DNA from: Gemmatimonadales bacterium
GTDB taxonomy: Bacteria > Gemmatimonadota > Gemmatimonadetes > Gemmatimonadales > GWC2-71-9
Assembly: GCA_035505915.1 (NCBI GenBank)
Contig: DATJQI010000054.1
Span: 93,854 to 157,853 of the forward strand
DNA: 64,000 bases
Reading direction: 5' to 3'
Below the pieces are notes generated by a model that made no database searches, was not told where the DNA came from, and worked only from the letters and a program-made list of their open reading frames with translations. Positions 11,506 to 19,875 of this stretch are shown here, in pieces (the stretch's first letter is position 1; every line of letters starts with the position of its first letter). A program made the translations under genes and the position numbers.

Positions 11506-12275
11506 AGCTCGGTGCGGATGGCCCAGAGGTCGGGGAACGCGGCCCGGTTCAGCGTAGTCGCCAGGTATTCGGCGCCCGACGATCCCCCGGTGCCGCGGCG
11601 GGTGCCGATGGTTCGCTGAACCATCTTCACGTGCCGATACCTCCACTCCTGGAGGCCCTCGTCCAGGTCGACCAGCCGCTCGCAGAGCGAGGCCAGGCCC
11701 GATTCGGTGCGGTAGATCTGGATCAGGATCTGCTGAACCGCGGCGGAGGGCTCGATCGGCGCGGTCAGGTCCCGACGGGCCGGCACGGCGTGGCCGTTCC
11801 GGGCGAGGCAGGCGAGGAACGCATCCCAGAGCGTGGGCGCCGCGAGCCGGCGCTCGATGGCCTTCCGGGCCGGGCTGCCCGGCGTGTAGCGGGCGAGCGC
11901 GGCCGGATTCCGGACGCCGAGAATGCACTCGAGCTCGCGGAACTGATGGGACTGGAATCCGCTCCCCGACTCGAGGCGGTCGCGAAAGGAAAGGAACTCG
12001 AGGGGCGTCATCGTTTCCAGGATGTCGATCTGCGCGACCAGCACCTTGAGGATGGTGAGGATCCGCTTGAACGTGTGGCCGGCGCGGGCCTGGTCGTTGG
12101 CACGGAGCAGCCGCTCGAGGTAGTCGAGCTCGTGGAGCAGCTCCTTGAACCAGAGCTCGTAGACCTGGTGGATGACGATGAACAGGATCTCGTCGTGCTC
12201 AGGGCCGTCCGAGAGCGGCTGCTGCAGGGACAGGAGCTCGTCGAGCTTCAGGTAGCTGGAATACGTGACCGCCAT
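11502..12275 (-). CDS. kynA: Tryptophan 2,3-dioxygenase
   Basis: SYLKLDELLSLQQPLSDGPEHDEILFIVIHQVYELWFKELLHELD is the conserved TDO N-terminal core. 257 aa. Confidence 0.9.
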   Translation of the reverse strand: MAVTYSSYLKLDELLSLQQPLSDGPEHDEILFIVIHQVYELWFKELLHELDYLERLLRANDQARAGHTFKRILTILKVLVAQIDILETMTPLEFLSFRDRLESGSGFQSHQFRELECILGVRNPAALARYTPGSPARKAIERRLAAPTLWDAFLACLARNGHAVPARRDLTAPIEPSAAVQQILIQIYRTESGLASLCERLVDLDEGLQEWRYRHVKMVQRTIGTRRGTGGSSGAEYLATTLNRAAFPDLWAIRTEL

Positions 12276-12311
12276 TGGGGTTCCGGGTCAGGAATGAGGA
12301 GAAAGTAGCAC

Positions 12312-12340
12312 TTCACCGAGGTGCGTTCGCCGACTAGAAT
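12312..12340 (+). promoter_or_regulatory. Candidate sigma-70-type promoter for the tRNA-Ser genes
   Basis: TTCACC, 17 nt, TAGAAT, about 60 nt upstream of tRNA-Ser(GGA). Confidence 0.35.
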
Positions 12341-12399
12341 GTAGGCGATCGTATTGCCTGGGCGCCTGGGCGTCTGCGCGTCCAGGCGCCTGGTAGTCT

Positions 12400-12486
12400 G
12401 GACGGGTGGCCGAGAGGCTTATGGCACACGCCTGGAAAGCGTGTAAACGGGAAACCGTTTCGTGGGTTCGAATCCCACCCTGTCCG
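12400..12486 (+). tRNA. tRNA-Ser (anticodon GGA)
   Basis: Hand-folded cloverleaf. Acceptor GGACGGG/CCTGTCC, anticodon stem CACGC/GCGTG with loop CTGGAAA, 18-nt variable arm, T-arm GTGGG-TTCGAAT-CCCAC, discriminator G. No CCA is encoded. Confidence 0.9.
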
Positions 12487-12533
12487 TCAAGACGAGGGAC
12501 CAGGGGGCAGGATGCAGGGTCAGGAACGGCAAA

Positions 12534-12626
12534 GGCTAGACGCACAGACGCGCAGTGGCGTGCCGGACTGAGGAAGCAGGCGGTTCCTGGCACACTGTTT
12601 TCCATCCGTGCGTCCGTGCGTCTAGG
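12534..12626. repeat. Imperfect palindromic repeat element (short copy), same family as 50061..50244
   Basis: Left end ggctagacgcacagacgc is identical to 50061-50078. Right end gtgcgtccgtgcgtctagg is its near reverse complement. The interior also self-pairs (aggaa..ttcct). Confidence 0.75.
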
Positions 12627-12672
12627 TTTAAAGTCTGTAAGCTGGTGACTTCCTGCTGACTCCCAGCATTCA

Positions 12673-12759
12673 GGACAGGTGCCCGAGTGGCTGAAGGGGC
12701 CGGTCTCGAAAACCGGTAAGCCGGCAACGGTTTCGTGGGTTCGAATCCCACCCTGTCCG
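12673..12759 (+). tRNA. tRNA-Ser (anticodon CGA)
   Basis: Hand-folded cloverleaf. Acceptor GGACAGG/CCTGTCC, anticodon stem CCGGT/ACCGG with loop CTCGAAA, long variable arm. The T-arm and 3' acceptor are identical to the first tRNA-Ser. Confidence 0.9.
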
Positions 12760-12797
12760 TCCGCAGTCGCGCAGTCGTCCGCCACCCGGAGGTCTCC

Positions 12798-13352
12798 GTG
12801 GTCTCCATCGCAGCGCTCTGGCTTCCCATCGTCCTGTCCGCGGTGCTGATCTTCATCGTCAGCTCGATCATCCACATGATGTCGCCGTGGCACAAGAACG
12901 ATTACCCGCTCCTGCCGAATCAGGATCAGATTCAGGACGCGCTGCGGCCGTTGAACATCCCCCCCGGGGACTACTTCATCCCCCGCCCGGCGAGCCGCGA
13001 GGACATGAAATCCGCGGCGCACGCGGAGAGGCTCAAGCGGGGCCCGATCGTGGTGTTCACGGTCATCGGCGGGTTCAGCATCGCCCGGAACATGATCTCC
13101 TGGCTGGTCTATCTCCTGGTCGTGGGCGTCTTCGCGGCCTACGTGGCGGGGCGGGCCCTGCCGGCGGGTTCGCCGTACCTCTCCGTGTTCCGGTTCGTGG
13201 GCGTGACCGCGTTTCTCGCCTACACCCTGGCGCTCTGGCAGATGAGCATCTGGTACGCCCGCTCCTGGGTCACGTCGTTCAAGGTCACGGTGGACGGCCT
13301 GATCTACGGTCTGTTGACGGCGGGCGTGTTCGGATGGCTGTGGCCGAAGTGA
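12798..13352 (+). CDS. Integral membrane protein, unknown function
   Basis: GTG at 12798 with GGAGG 5 nt upstream. The track ORF start at 12735 lies inside the tRNA and was rejected. There are 4-5 hydrophobic helices (IAALWLPIVLSAVLIFIVSSII, ISWLVYLLVVGVFAAYV and others). Confidence 0.6.
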   Translation: MVSIAALWLPIVLSAVLIFIVSSIIHMMSPWHKNDYPLLPNQDQIQDALRPLNIPPGDYFIPRPASREDMKSAAHAERLKRGPIVVFTVIGGFSIARNMISWLVYLLVVGVFAAYVAGRALPAGSPYLSVFRFVGVTAFLAYTLALWQMSIWYARSWVTSFKVTVDGLIYGLLTAGVFGWLWPK

Positions 13353-13386
13353 AACGAATCGCCGGGCCGGGCGTAGAGGGGCTGAT

Positions 13387-13752
13387 ATGACTCAGACTCC
13401 GCCTCCGTCGCTGCCGCAGATCCCGATCGACTGGAACATGTTCGTCAACGACACCTTGGCGCCGCTGATCGCGGTCGTGGTGATCGGCGTCGGCATGGTG
13501 ATCGCACTCCGCGTGATCATGAAGTCGCCGGTCGGGGAGGCCTGGGCCGAGCGGATCCGCCGGAAGACGCGCGCGAAATTCGGAGAGCCCGGCGCCCTGA
13601 GCGGCGAACAGGCCGCCATCCAGATCGAGGCGGTGCAGGATCAGATGGGCCGGATCGAGGCCCACCTGTCGGAGCTGACCGAACGCATCGACTTCACGGA
13701 ACGCATCCTCGCCAAGCAGCGGGACCCGAACGCCATCGGGCCGGGCCGCTAG
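13387..13752 (+). CDS. Single-pass membrane protein with C-terminal coiled coil (weak PspB-like resemblance)
   Basis: TM helix [19 protein letters not shown]-terminal ..[28 protein letters not shown] resembles the PspB tail (..RIQALESILDAEHPNW). Confidence 0.5.
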   Translation: MTQTPPPSLPQIPIDWNMFVNDTLAPLIAVVVIGVGMVIALRVIMKSPVGEAWAERIRRKTRAKFGEPGALSGEQAAIQIEAVQDQMGRIEAHLSELTERIDFTERILAKQRDPNAIGPGR

Positions 13753-16001
13753 ATGAAGCGGGGCTTGTAGCGGTCCAGGCTTTCGTACTGGTCGGGCCAC
13801 TCCACGGTCCAGCCCAGCTCGCGGGCCGCGTGGCGGGTCCAGTACGGATCCCACAGGTGGGCGCGGGCCAGCACACAGAGGTCGGCCCGGCCCGCCGCGA
13901 GGATGGTGTTCACGTCGGTGTAGGAGCTGATGTTGCCGACGGTCATCACCGGCAGGCCCGCCTCGTGCCGGATCCGGTCCGCGAAGGGAGTCTGGTACAG
14001 GCGACCGTAGACCGGCTGCTGGTCGGGCACCGTCTGCCCGGCTGAAACGTCGATGATGTCGCACCCGTGGGCCTTGAGCAGCCGGGCGACCTCCACCGCG
14101 TCATCCGATTCCATCCCCCCCGGCGCCCAGTCCACCGCCGAGATCCGGACCGACATCGGCTTCCGCTCGGGCCAGACCTTCCGGACGGCGTCGAATACCT
14201 CGAGCGGGTACCGCATCCGCGCCGTGAGGCTTCCGCCGTACTCGTCGCGCCGTCGGTTGGTGAGCGGGGAAATGAAGCTCGCGAGCAGATAGCCGTGCGC
14301 GCAGTGGAGCTCCAGCAGATCGAATCCGGCTTCGTCGGTCATGCGCGCGGCGCGGACGAACTGGTCCCGGACCTGATCCATGTCCCGCCGGTCCATTTCT
14401 TTGGGGACCGGGCTTTCGGGGAAGTACGGAATCGCGGACGCCGCCAGCACCGGCCAGCCGCCCGATTCGAGCGGCAGCGAGTCGCCTTCCCACAGCTTCT
14501 TCGTCGAGCCCTTCCGCCCCGCGTGGGACAGCTGCATCCCGATCTTGGACCGGCTCGCCCCATGGACGAAGTCCACGATCCGCCGCCAGGCGGTCACGTG
14601 CTCGGGCTTGTACATCCCGGTGCATCCCGTCGAGATCCGGCCCTCGCGGCTCACGTCGGTCATCTCGGTCATCACGAGACCGGCGCCGCCGATCGCCCGG
14701 GTCCCCAGGTGTACCAGGTGCCAGTCGTTGGGGGTGCCGTCCTCCGCCGAGTATTGGCACATCGGGGAGACCACGGAGCGGTTCTCGAGCAGGAGGCCGC
14801 GGAGCCGGAACGGGGTGAAGAGGGGCGGGGGAACCGGCTCGTCGGGAATGGAGACGCCGGCGTCCGCGGCGGCTCGCTTCGCGAACCAGCGGTCCACCCC
14901 CGCCACGAACCGCGGATCACGGACCTTCAGGTTGTCGTGGGTGATCCGAAGAGACCGGGTGAGGAGGTTGAATCCGAACTGGACCGGGTCGAGGTGCATG
15001 TACCGTTCGGTGTCCTCGAACCACTGCAAACTGACCTGGGCCGCGCGCTGGAGGCTCTCCACCAGCGGGCGCCGTTCGGCCTCGTAGCCGGCCAGGGCCT
15101 GGTCGAGCGCGCCGCCGGCGCCGAGGTGCCGGGCCAACACGATGGCGTCCTCCATCGCGAGCTTGGTGCCGGACCCCACCGAGAAGTGCGCGGTGTGGGC
15201 CGAGTCTCCGATCAGGGCGATGTTGCCGTGATGCCAGCGGGCGTTCCGCACCGTGCCGAACTGCCGCCAGATCGACCGGTTCTGCTCGAGGCGGTGGCCG
15301 GCCAGCTCGTCCGCGAACAGCGCCTCGCAGAACGCGATGGTCTGCTCCTCGGTGGCGCGGTCCAGGCCGGCGGCGCGCCACGTCTCCTCGCGTGCTTCGA
15401 CGATGAACGTCGAGTGGCCCTTCTCATACTGATAGGCGTGCACCCGCCAGAGCCCGTGCCGGTCGTGCTTGAAGTAGAACGTGAAGGCGGGAAAGGGACG
15501 CGTGGTGCCGAGCCAGACGAAGCGATTGGGGCGGAGATCGATGGTCGGGCGGAAATGCTCGGCGAACCGGTCCCGGATCACGCTGTTGGCGCCGTCGGCG
15601 GCGAGGACGAGATCGGCGTCGGGGAACGCGGTCGGATCCGACACCTCGCGGCCGATCTCCACGCGCACCCCGAGCCCACGGGCCCGTTCGGCCAGGATCG
15701 CGAGCAGGGCGCGCCGGGAGAGCCCGGAGAACCCGTGGCCGGTCGAGGAGATGACGCTCCCCCGGTAGTGCACGTCGATGTCGTCCCAGTGGGCGGAGGC
15801 TTTCGCCATCGCCGCGAACGTCTCCGGATCGGCCGCCTGAAGGTTCTCCTGGGTCGCTTCGGAGAAGACCACGCCGAACCCGAACGTGTCCTCCAGCCGG
15901 TTCCGTTCCACCACGAGGATGTCGTGGGTCGGATCGGCCTTCTTCATCAGGATGGAGAAGTAGAGGCCGGCGGGACCTCCGCCCACCGAAACGACCTTCA
16001 C
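13749..16001 (-). CDS. Fusion flavoprotein: FAD aromatic-ring monooxygenase plus OYE-type FMN reductase (anthraniloyl-CoA monooxygenase/reductase or salicylyl-CoA 5-hydroxylase type)
   Basis: GTG at 16001 overlaps the upstream stop (GTGA). N-terminal half has [19 protein letters not shown]...[23 protein letters not shown]-terminal half has [49 protein letters not shown]. 750 aa. Confidence 0.8.
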   Translation of the reverse strand: MKVVSVGGGPAGLYFSILMKKADPTHDILVVERNRLEDTFGFGVVFSEATQENLQAADPETFAAMAKASAHWDDIDVHYRGSVISSTGHGFSGLSRRALLAILAERARGLGVRVEIGREVSDPTAFPDADLVLAADGANSVIRDRFAEHFRPTIDLRPNRFVWLGTTRPFPAFTFYFKHDRHGLWRVHAYQYEKGHSTFIVEAREETWRAAGLDRATEEQTIAFCEALFADELAGHRLEQNRSIWRQFGTVRNARWHHGNIALIGDSAHTAHFSVGSGTKLAMEDAIVLARHLGAGGALDQALAGYEAERRPLVESLQRAAQVSLQWFEDTERYMHLDPVQFGFNLLTRSLRITHDNLKVRDPRFVAGVDRWFAKRAAADAGVSIPDEPVPPPLFTPFRLRGLLLENRSVVSPMCQYSAEDGTPNDWHLVHLGTRAIGGAGLVMTEMTDVSREGRISTGCTGMYKPEHVTAWRRIVDFVHGASRSKIGMQLSHAGRKGSTKKLWEGDSLPLESGGWPVLAASAIPYFPESPVPKEMDRRDMDQVRDQFVRAARMTDEAGFDLLELHCAHGYLLASFISPLTNRRRDEYGGSLTARMRYPLEVFDAVRKVWPERKPMSVRISAVDWAPGGMESDDAVEVARLLKAHGCDIIDVSAGQTVPDQQPVYGRLYQTPFADRIRHEAGLPVMTVGNISSYTDVNTILAAGRADLCVLARAHLWDPYWTRHAARELGWTVEWPDQYESLDRYKPRFI

Positions 16002-17161
16002 GCCTCGCCTCGATGCTTCTTGATGAGATGGCCGGCGATGACGAGGTGCTGGATTTCGGTGGTGCCCTCGTAGATCCGCAGCGCCCGGATGGACCGATAG
16101 AGGCGATCGACGGGATGCTCGGCCAGGACGCCGCGCCCCCCCAGGATCTGGACGGCGTCGTCGATGATGCGTTGGGCCGCTTCGGTGGCGAACGCCTTGG
16201 CCATCCCGGCCTGGAGCGTGATCCGGTCGGCCCCCTGGTCTTTCTCCCACGCGGCTTCATAGACCAGCAGGCGGGCGGCGGCGAGCTCCGTCGCCATCCG
16301 GGACAGCTTTTCCTGGATGAGCTGGAAGTCGGCCAGCGGTCTGCCGAACTGCCGGCGGGTCGTGGCGTGGTCGAGGGCCTCGGACAGCGCTCGTCCCGCC
16401 ATCCCGCACGCCGCCGCGCCGACGGTGGGGCGCAGCCGATCGAGCGTCCCGAGCCCGGTCTTGTATCCCTCACCCTCGGCGCCCAGCCGGTTGGCGGCCG
16501 GTACCCGGCACCCCGTGAAGGACACCTCCCCGAGTGGGTGCGGGGACGAGAGCACGAGGGGACGGACGAAGCGGCACCCGGGCAGGTCGGCGGGCACGAC
16601 GAAGCAGGAGATTCCCTTCGACCCCTGCGCCGGATCGGTGCTCGCGAACACGGCGTAGTAGTCCGCGATCCCCGCGTTCGAGATCAGGGTTTTCCCGCCG
16701 TCCAGGACGTAGTCGTTCCCCTCGCGCCGGGCCGTGGTGCCCATCGCGGCGACGTCGGAGCCGGCTTCGGGTTCGGTCATCGCGAAGCCCGCCATGGCCC
16801 GTCCCTGGAGCGCCGGGGTCAACCAGCGCGCTTTCAGGTCGGCGCTTCCCCCCAACAGCACGGGGAGTGAGCCGAGGGCCTGGAGCGCGAAGACGGCGTC
16901 GGCGAGGGGAGAGGCGGCGCCCAGGGCTTCACGGATCAGGCAGCAGGCGCGCCAGTCCTGGTCGCCGATCGGCGCGAGCCACCCGCCGGCTCCGAGTCGT
17001 TTGAGGATCTCTCTGGCCTGCAGGCGGGCGGCGCCGTCGTCCGGGGGGGCGGGGAGGGTGGCGATGTCGCGGGCGGCGAACGCCGCCACGCGGGCCGCCA
17101 GGTCCAGGTGCCGCGGATCGAGGAAGGCCCGGATCGGCTTCGGATCGGGCAGCGGCGTCAC
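15998..17161 (-). CDS. Acyl-CoA dehydrogenase
   Basis: 387 aa. ACAD motifs ([11 protein letters not shown].., ..IYEGTTEIQ..). GTG start overlaps the upstream stop (GTGA). Confidence 0.85.
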   Translation of the reverse strand: MTPLPDPKPIRAFLDPRHLDLAARVAAFAARDIATLPAPPDDGAARLQAREILKRLGAGGWLAPIGDQDWRACCLIREALGAASPLADAVFALQALGSLPVLLGGSADLKARWLTPALQGRAMAGFAMTEPEAGSDVAAMGTTARREGNDYVLDGGKTLISNAGIADYYAVFASTDPAQGSKGISCFVVPADLPGCRFVRPLVLSSPHPLGEVSFTGCRVPAANRLGAEGEGYKTGLGTLDRLRPTVGAAACGMAGRALSEALDHATTRRQFGRPLADFQLIQEKLSRMATELAAARLLVYEAAWEKDQGADRITLQAGMAKAFATEAAQRIIDDAVQILGGRGVLAEHPVDRLYRSIRALRIYEGTTEIQHLVIAGHLIKKHRGEA

Positions 17162-17958
17162 TCGAAGCGTGCCTCGCGCTTGGCTTTGAACGCCTCATAG
17201 GCCTCGCGGAAGTTCGGCCGCTTCATCAAGTCGGCCTGCACGCGGGCCTCCAGCTCGAGCGCGGCCTCGAGCTCCATCGCCGCCTCGCGGTTCAACGCGT
17301 CCTTGGTCACGCCGAGGGCTTCGGACGGCCCGCGGGCGAGCCGGGCCGCGAATCCCCGGGCTTCGGACAGCACGTGGTCCGCCGGAACGACTTCGTTGTA
17401 CAGGCCGATCTCCTGCGCGCGACGGGCGTCGATGAAGTCGCCGGTCATGAGGAGCTCCGTGGCCCGTCCGAGGCCGACGAGGCGGGGCAGGAGCCAGGCC
17501 GCCCCCATGTCCGCGCCCGACAGCCCGACGCGCGTGAAGAGGAAGGCGATCTTGGCGGTCTCCGCCGCGATGCGGACGTCGCAGGCGGCGGCGATCACCG
17601 CTCCCGCGCCCGCCACGGTGCCGTTCAGGGCGCCCACGATGGGGCGGCGGCAGCGCCGCATGGCGAGGATCAGATCGCAGGTGAGGGTGGTGAACGCGAG
17701 GAGACCCGCTTCATCGAGGGCGAAGAGCCGGCCGATGATATCCTCGACGTCGCCGCCGGAGCAGAAGGCGCGTCCCGCCCCGGTGATCACGATGGCCCGC
17801 ACTCCGGGCTCGGTGTCCAGGGCGCGAAACGCGTCCCGCAGCTCTTCGTAGACCTTGAAGGTGAGGGCGTTCAGGCGGTCGGGCCGGTTGAGCGTGATGG
17901 TGGCCACCCCACTCGCGGCGTCGTGCTGATAGAGGAAGGAGACGGCGCTGAGCGTCAC
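17158..17958 (-). CDS. Enoyl-CoA hydratase/isomerase (crotonase) family protein
   Basis: GTG at 17958 (GTGA overlap). ITLNRPDRLNALT..VITGAGRAFCSGGDV crotonase signature. 266 aa. Confidence 0.85.
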   Translation of the reverse strand: MTLSAVSFLYQHDAASGVATITLNRPDRLNALTFKVYEELRDAFRALDTEPGVRAIVITGAGRAFCSGGDVEDIIGRLFALDEAGLLAFTTLTCDLILAMRRCRRPIVGALNGTVAGAGAVIAAACDVRIAAETAKIAFLFTRVGLSGADMGAAWLLPRLVGLGRATELLMTGDFIDARRAQEIGLYNEVVPADHVLSEARGFAARLARGPSEALGVTKDALNREAAMELEAALELEARVQADLMKRPNFREAYEAFKAKREARFE

Positions 17959-18338
17959 GGGATCACCGCCGTCGCTTCGATCTCCACCACCGCCGCCTGA
18001 TCGACCAGGGCGCTGACCTCCACGAGGGCCATCGCGGGGTAGTGTTTCCCCATCGCGCGCCGGTGGACCTCGCCCAGTGCCTGCAGGTTCGCGAGATATG
18101 CGTCGCGGTCGGTCACGTAGACGGTCATCCGGCCGATGTGTTCCGGGCCGCCACCGGCGGCCCGCACCACCGACAAGACCTGGTCGAGCGCCTTCGCCCA
18201 CTGCGCGGTCAGCCCGCCCACCCCCGGCGCGGTCTGGCCCGCCACGAAGAGGACGCGGCCCCCCGCCGGACCCAGCATCCCGTTGTTCCAGCCCCTCGGC
18301 CGCCCGGGCGGGTCGGGATTGATGATGTCGAAGCTCAC
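17955..18338 (-). CDS. RidA/YjgF/L-PSP family protein (enamine/imine deaminase family)
   Basis: GTG at 18338 (GTGA overlap). 127 aa. C-terminal ..RMTVYVTDRDAY...PAMALVEVSALV..AVVEIEATAV is typical of YjgF proteins. Confidence 0.75.
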   Translation of the reverse strand: MSFDIINPDPPGRPRGWNNGMLGPAGGRVLFVAGQTAPGVGGLTAQWAKALDQVLSVVRAAGGGPEHIGRMTVYVTDRDAYLANLQALGEVHRRAMGKHYPAMALVEVSALVDQAAVVEIEATAVIP

Positions 18339-19099
18339 GCCGGCCCTTTCCCGTCGAGCAGGATGGCGGCGCCATTTTCGCCGCCCGTGCAGGTCCGGAG
18401 CACGGCCCGCGCCACCTCGTCCGCCGTGATCAGGCGGGTCTGGCCGGAGTGGGCGAGCACCGCCGCGAGGGCCTCCGGGTGCGATTTGCCGGTGGTCTCC
18501 ATGATCCGCTCCAGCGAGTGCTCGGTCATCGACGTGTCGACGTAGCCGGGGCACACCGCGTTCACCGTCACGCCGGACCCCTCCACCTCGGCCGCCACGG
18601 AGCGGGTGAACCCGACCACCGCGTGCTTGGCCGCGCTGTACGCGGCGATGTACTTGGCGCCCGCCAGGCCGGCGACGGACGCGATGTTCACCACCCGGCC
18701 CCAGTGCCGCTCCAGCATGCCCGGCAGGAACGCCTGGGTGCAGAGAAAGGTACTCGTCGCGTTCACCGCCAGGAGACGGTTCCACTCGTCCAGCGTGGTT
18801 CGTTTGAGCGGCGCGGACGAAGACGATCCGGCGTTGTTGATGAGGATGTCGACGTCGCCCAGAAACTCCCGGGCGGCGCGGACCAGCGCGTCGACGCTGT
18901 CCGGACGGGTGACGTCCGCGACGGTGGCGCTCGCGCGATGTCCCTGCGCCCGCAGCTCGGCGGCGACGGCGTCCACCTCCGGCCGGCTGCGGGCCGCGAC
19001 CAGCACCCCCACGCCGGATGCGGCCAGCGTCCGCGCCACCGCGGCGCCGATCCCCCGGCCGCCGCCCGTGATCACCGCGCACTTGCCCGCGAGGTTCAC
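18335..19099 (-). CDS. Short-chain dehydrogenase/reductase (3-hydroxyacyl-CoA / 3-oxoacyl reductase-like)
   Basis: TGGGRGIGAA cofactor motif, NNAG, and catalytic YxxxK (YSAAK). GTG start overlaps the upstream stop (GTGA). Confidence 0.85.
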   Translation of the reverse strand: MNLAGKCAVITGGGRGIGAAVARTLAASGVGVLVAARSRPEVDAVAAELRAQGHRASATVADVTRPDSVDALVRAAREFLGDVDILINNAGSSSSAPLKRTTLDEWNRLLAVNATSTFLCTQAFLPGMLERHWGRVVNIASVAGLAGAKYIAAYSAAKHAVVGFTRSVAAEVEGSGVTVNAVCPGYVDTSMTEHSLERIMETTGKSHPEALAAVLAHSGQTRLITADEVARAVLRTCTGGENGAAILLDGKGPA

Positions 19100-19836
19100 C
19101 GGGGCATCACCTCCAGGACCGCCTCGGCCAGGATCGCGCCGAGCACGGCGATGGTCTCCCGTCCCTCGGCGGGCGTCGCTTCCGCCGGAGCGCCGAAGTA
19201 GGCGTCGGGCCCTCCCGCGGCCGTGAAGGTGGCCTGGCCCGAGCCGATGGCGGCGGTGAGTGAGCGCGGGTTGGCGGGGAGGCTCCGCGCGGATGCGCGG
19301 ACCAGATCGGGGCGCGCCGCCATCACGATGGACGTTTCGTACCGGCCGGCGTGACAGGCTCCGCTCCGGAACTCCGGCGTCAGTCGCTCGGCCAGCGCCC
19401 GCCGGGTCAGGTCCGGGAAGACGATGGTCGCCTCGGACGTCCCCGCGGCCTCCCGCAGCGCCCGCACCTGGGCGGGGTCGAAGTGCGCGTTCGCCAGCGC
19501 GAGCACGCGGATGCCGTGGCGGACCAGACTGGAGGCGATGCCGCGGACGGTGCCGGACAAGGCCTCCGGATCGAGTGAGACCGTGCCCGGGAACTCGGCG
19601 GCGAAGGGCGCGGGGGTGTAGGAGAGCGGCGGCAGGAGCAGCGGGTCGAGCCCGCGCGCCGCGAGGCGCTCCGCTCCGGCGCGCGCCATCGCCTCCGCGA
19701 TGATCACGTCGGTGCCGAGGGGGAGGTGCGGCCCGTGTGCTTCCAGCGCCCCCAGGGGCAGGATGGCCACGACGCGGCCGCGATCCAGGGCGGCCACGTC
19801 GGTCCAGGACAAGTCGCTCAGCGCGCGGGCCGGCAC
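19096..19836 (-). CDS. Creatininase/ArfB-family amidohydrolase
   Basis: GTG at 19836 is in frame with track ORF 19096..21357. LSDLSWTDVAAL..ILPLGALEAHGPHLPLGTD...ANAHFDP..HAGRYETS is the creatininase-fold metal-site pattern. The upstream 500-aa extension is antisense to the ligase gene and was rejected. Confidence 0.7.
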   Translation of the reverse strand: MPARALSDLSWTDVAALDRGRVVAILPLGALEAHGPHLPLGTDVIIAEAMARAGAERLAARGLDPLLLPPLSYTPAPFAAEFPGTVSLDPEALSGTVRGIASSLVRHGIRVLALANAHFDPAQVRALREAAGTSEATIVFPDLTRRALAERLTPEFRSGACHAGRYETSIVMAARPDLVRASARSLPANPRSLTAAIGSGQATFTAAGGPDAYFGAPAEATPAEGRETIAVLGAILAEAVLEVMPR

Positions 19837-19838
19837 GG

Positions 19839-19868
19839 TTGACCCGAGCCCTCCGGGGGCGACATTCT
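19839..19868 (+). promoter_or_regulatory. Weak candidate promoter for the aryl-CoA ligase gene (possibly a leaderless transcript)
   Basis: TTGACC, 18 nt, CATTCT, with the -10 ending 7 nt before ATG 19876. No SD is present. The divergent intergenic region is only 39 bp. Confidence 0.25.
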
Positions 19869-19875
19869 CTTCCTC

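Noticed and set aside
10087-11619. 510-aa plus-strand ORF opposite kynU, and similar long ORFs at 14067-16073, 33656-36211 and 36032-37894
   Set aside because: All are antisense to, or out of frame with, genes carrying clear family motifs. Their composition is typical of GC-rich non-coding frames.
12400-12759. Possibility that one of the long-variable-arm tRNAs near selB is tRNA-Sec
   Set aside because: The anticodons read GGA and CGA, not UCA. The acceptor stems are 7 bp with a standard Ser-type fold.
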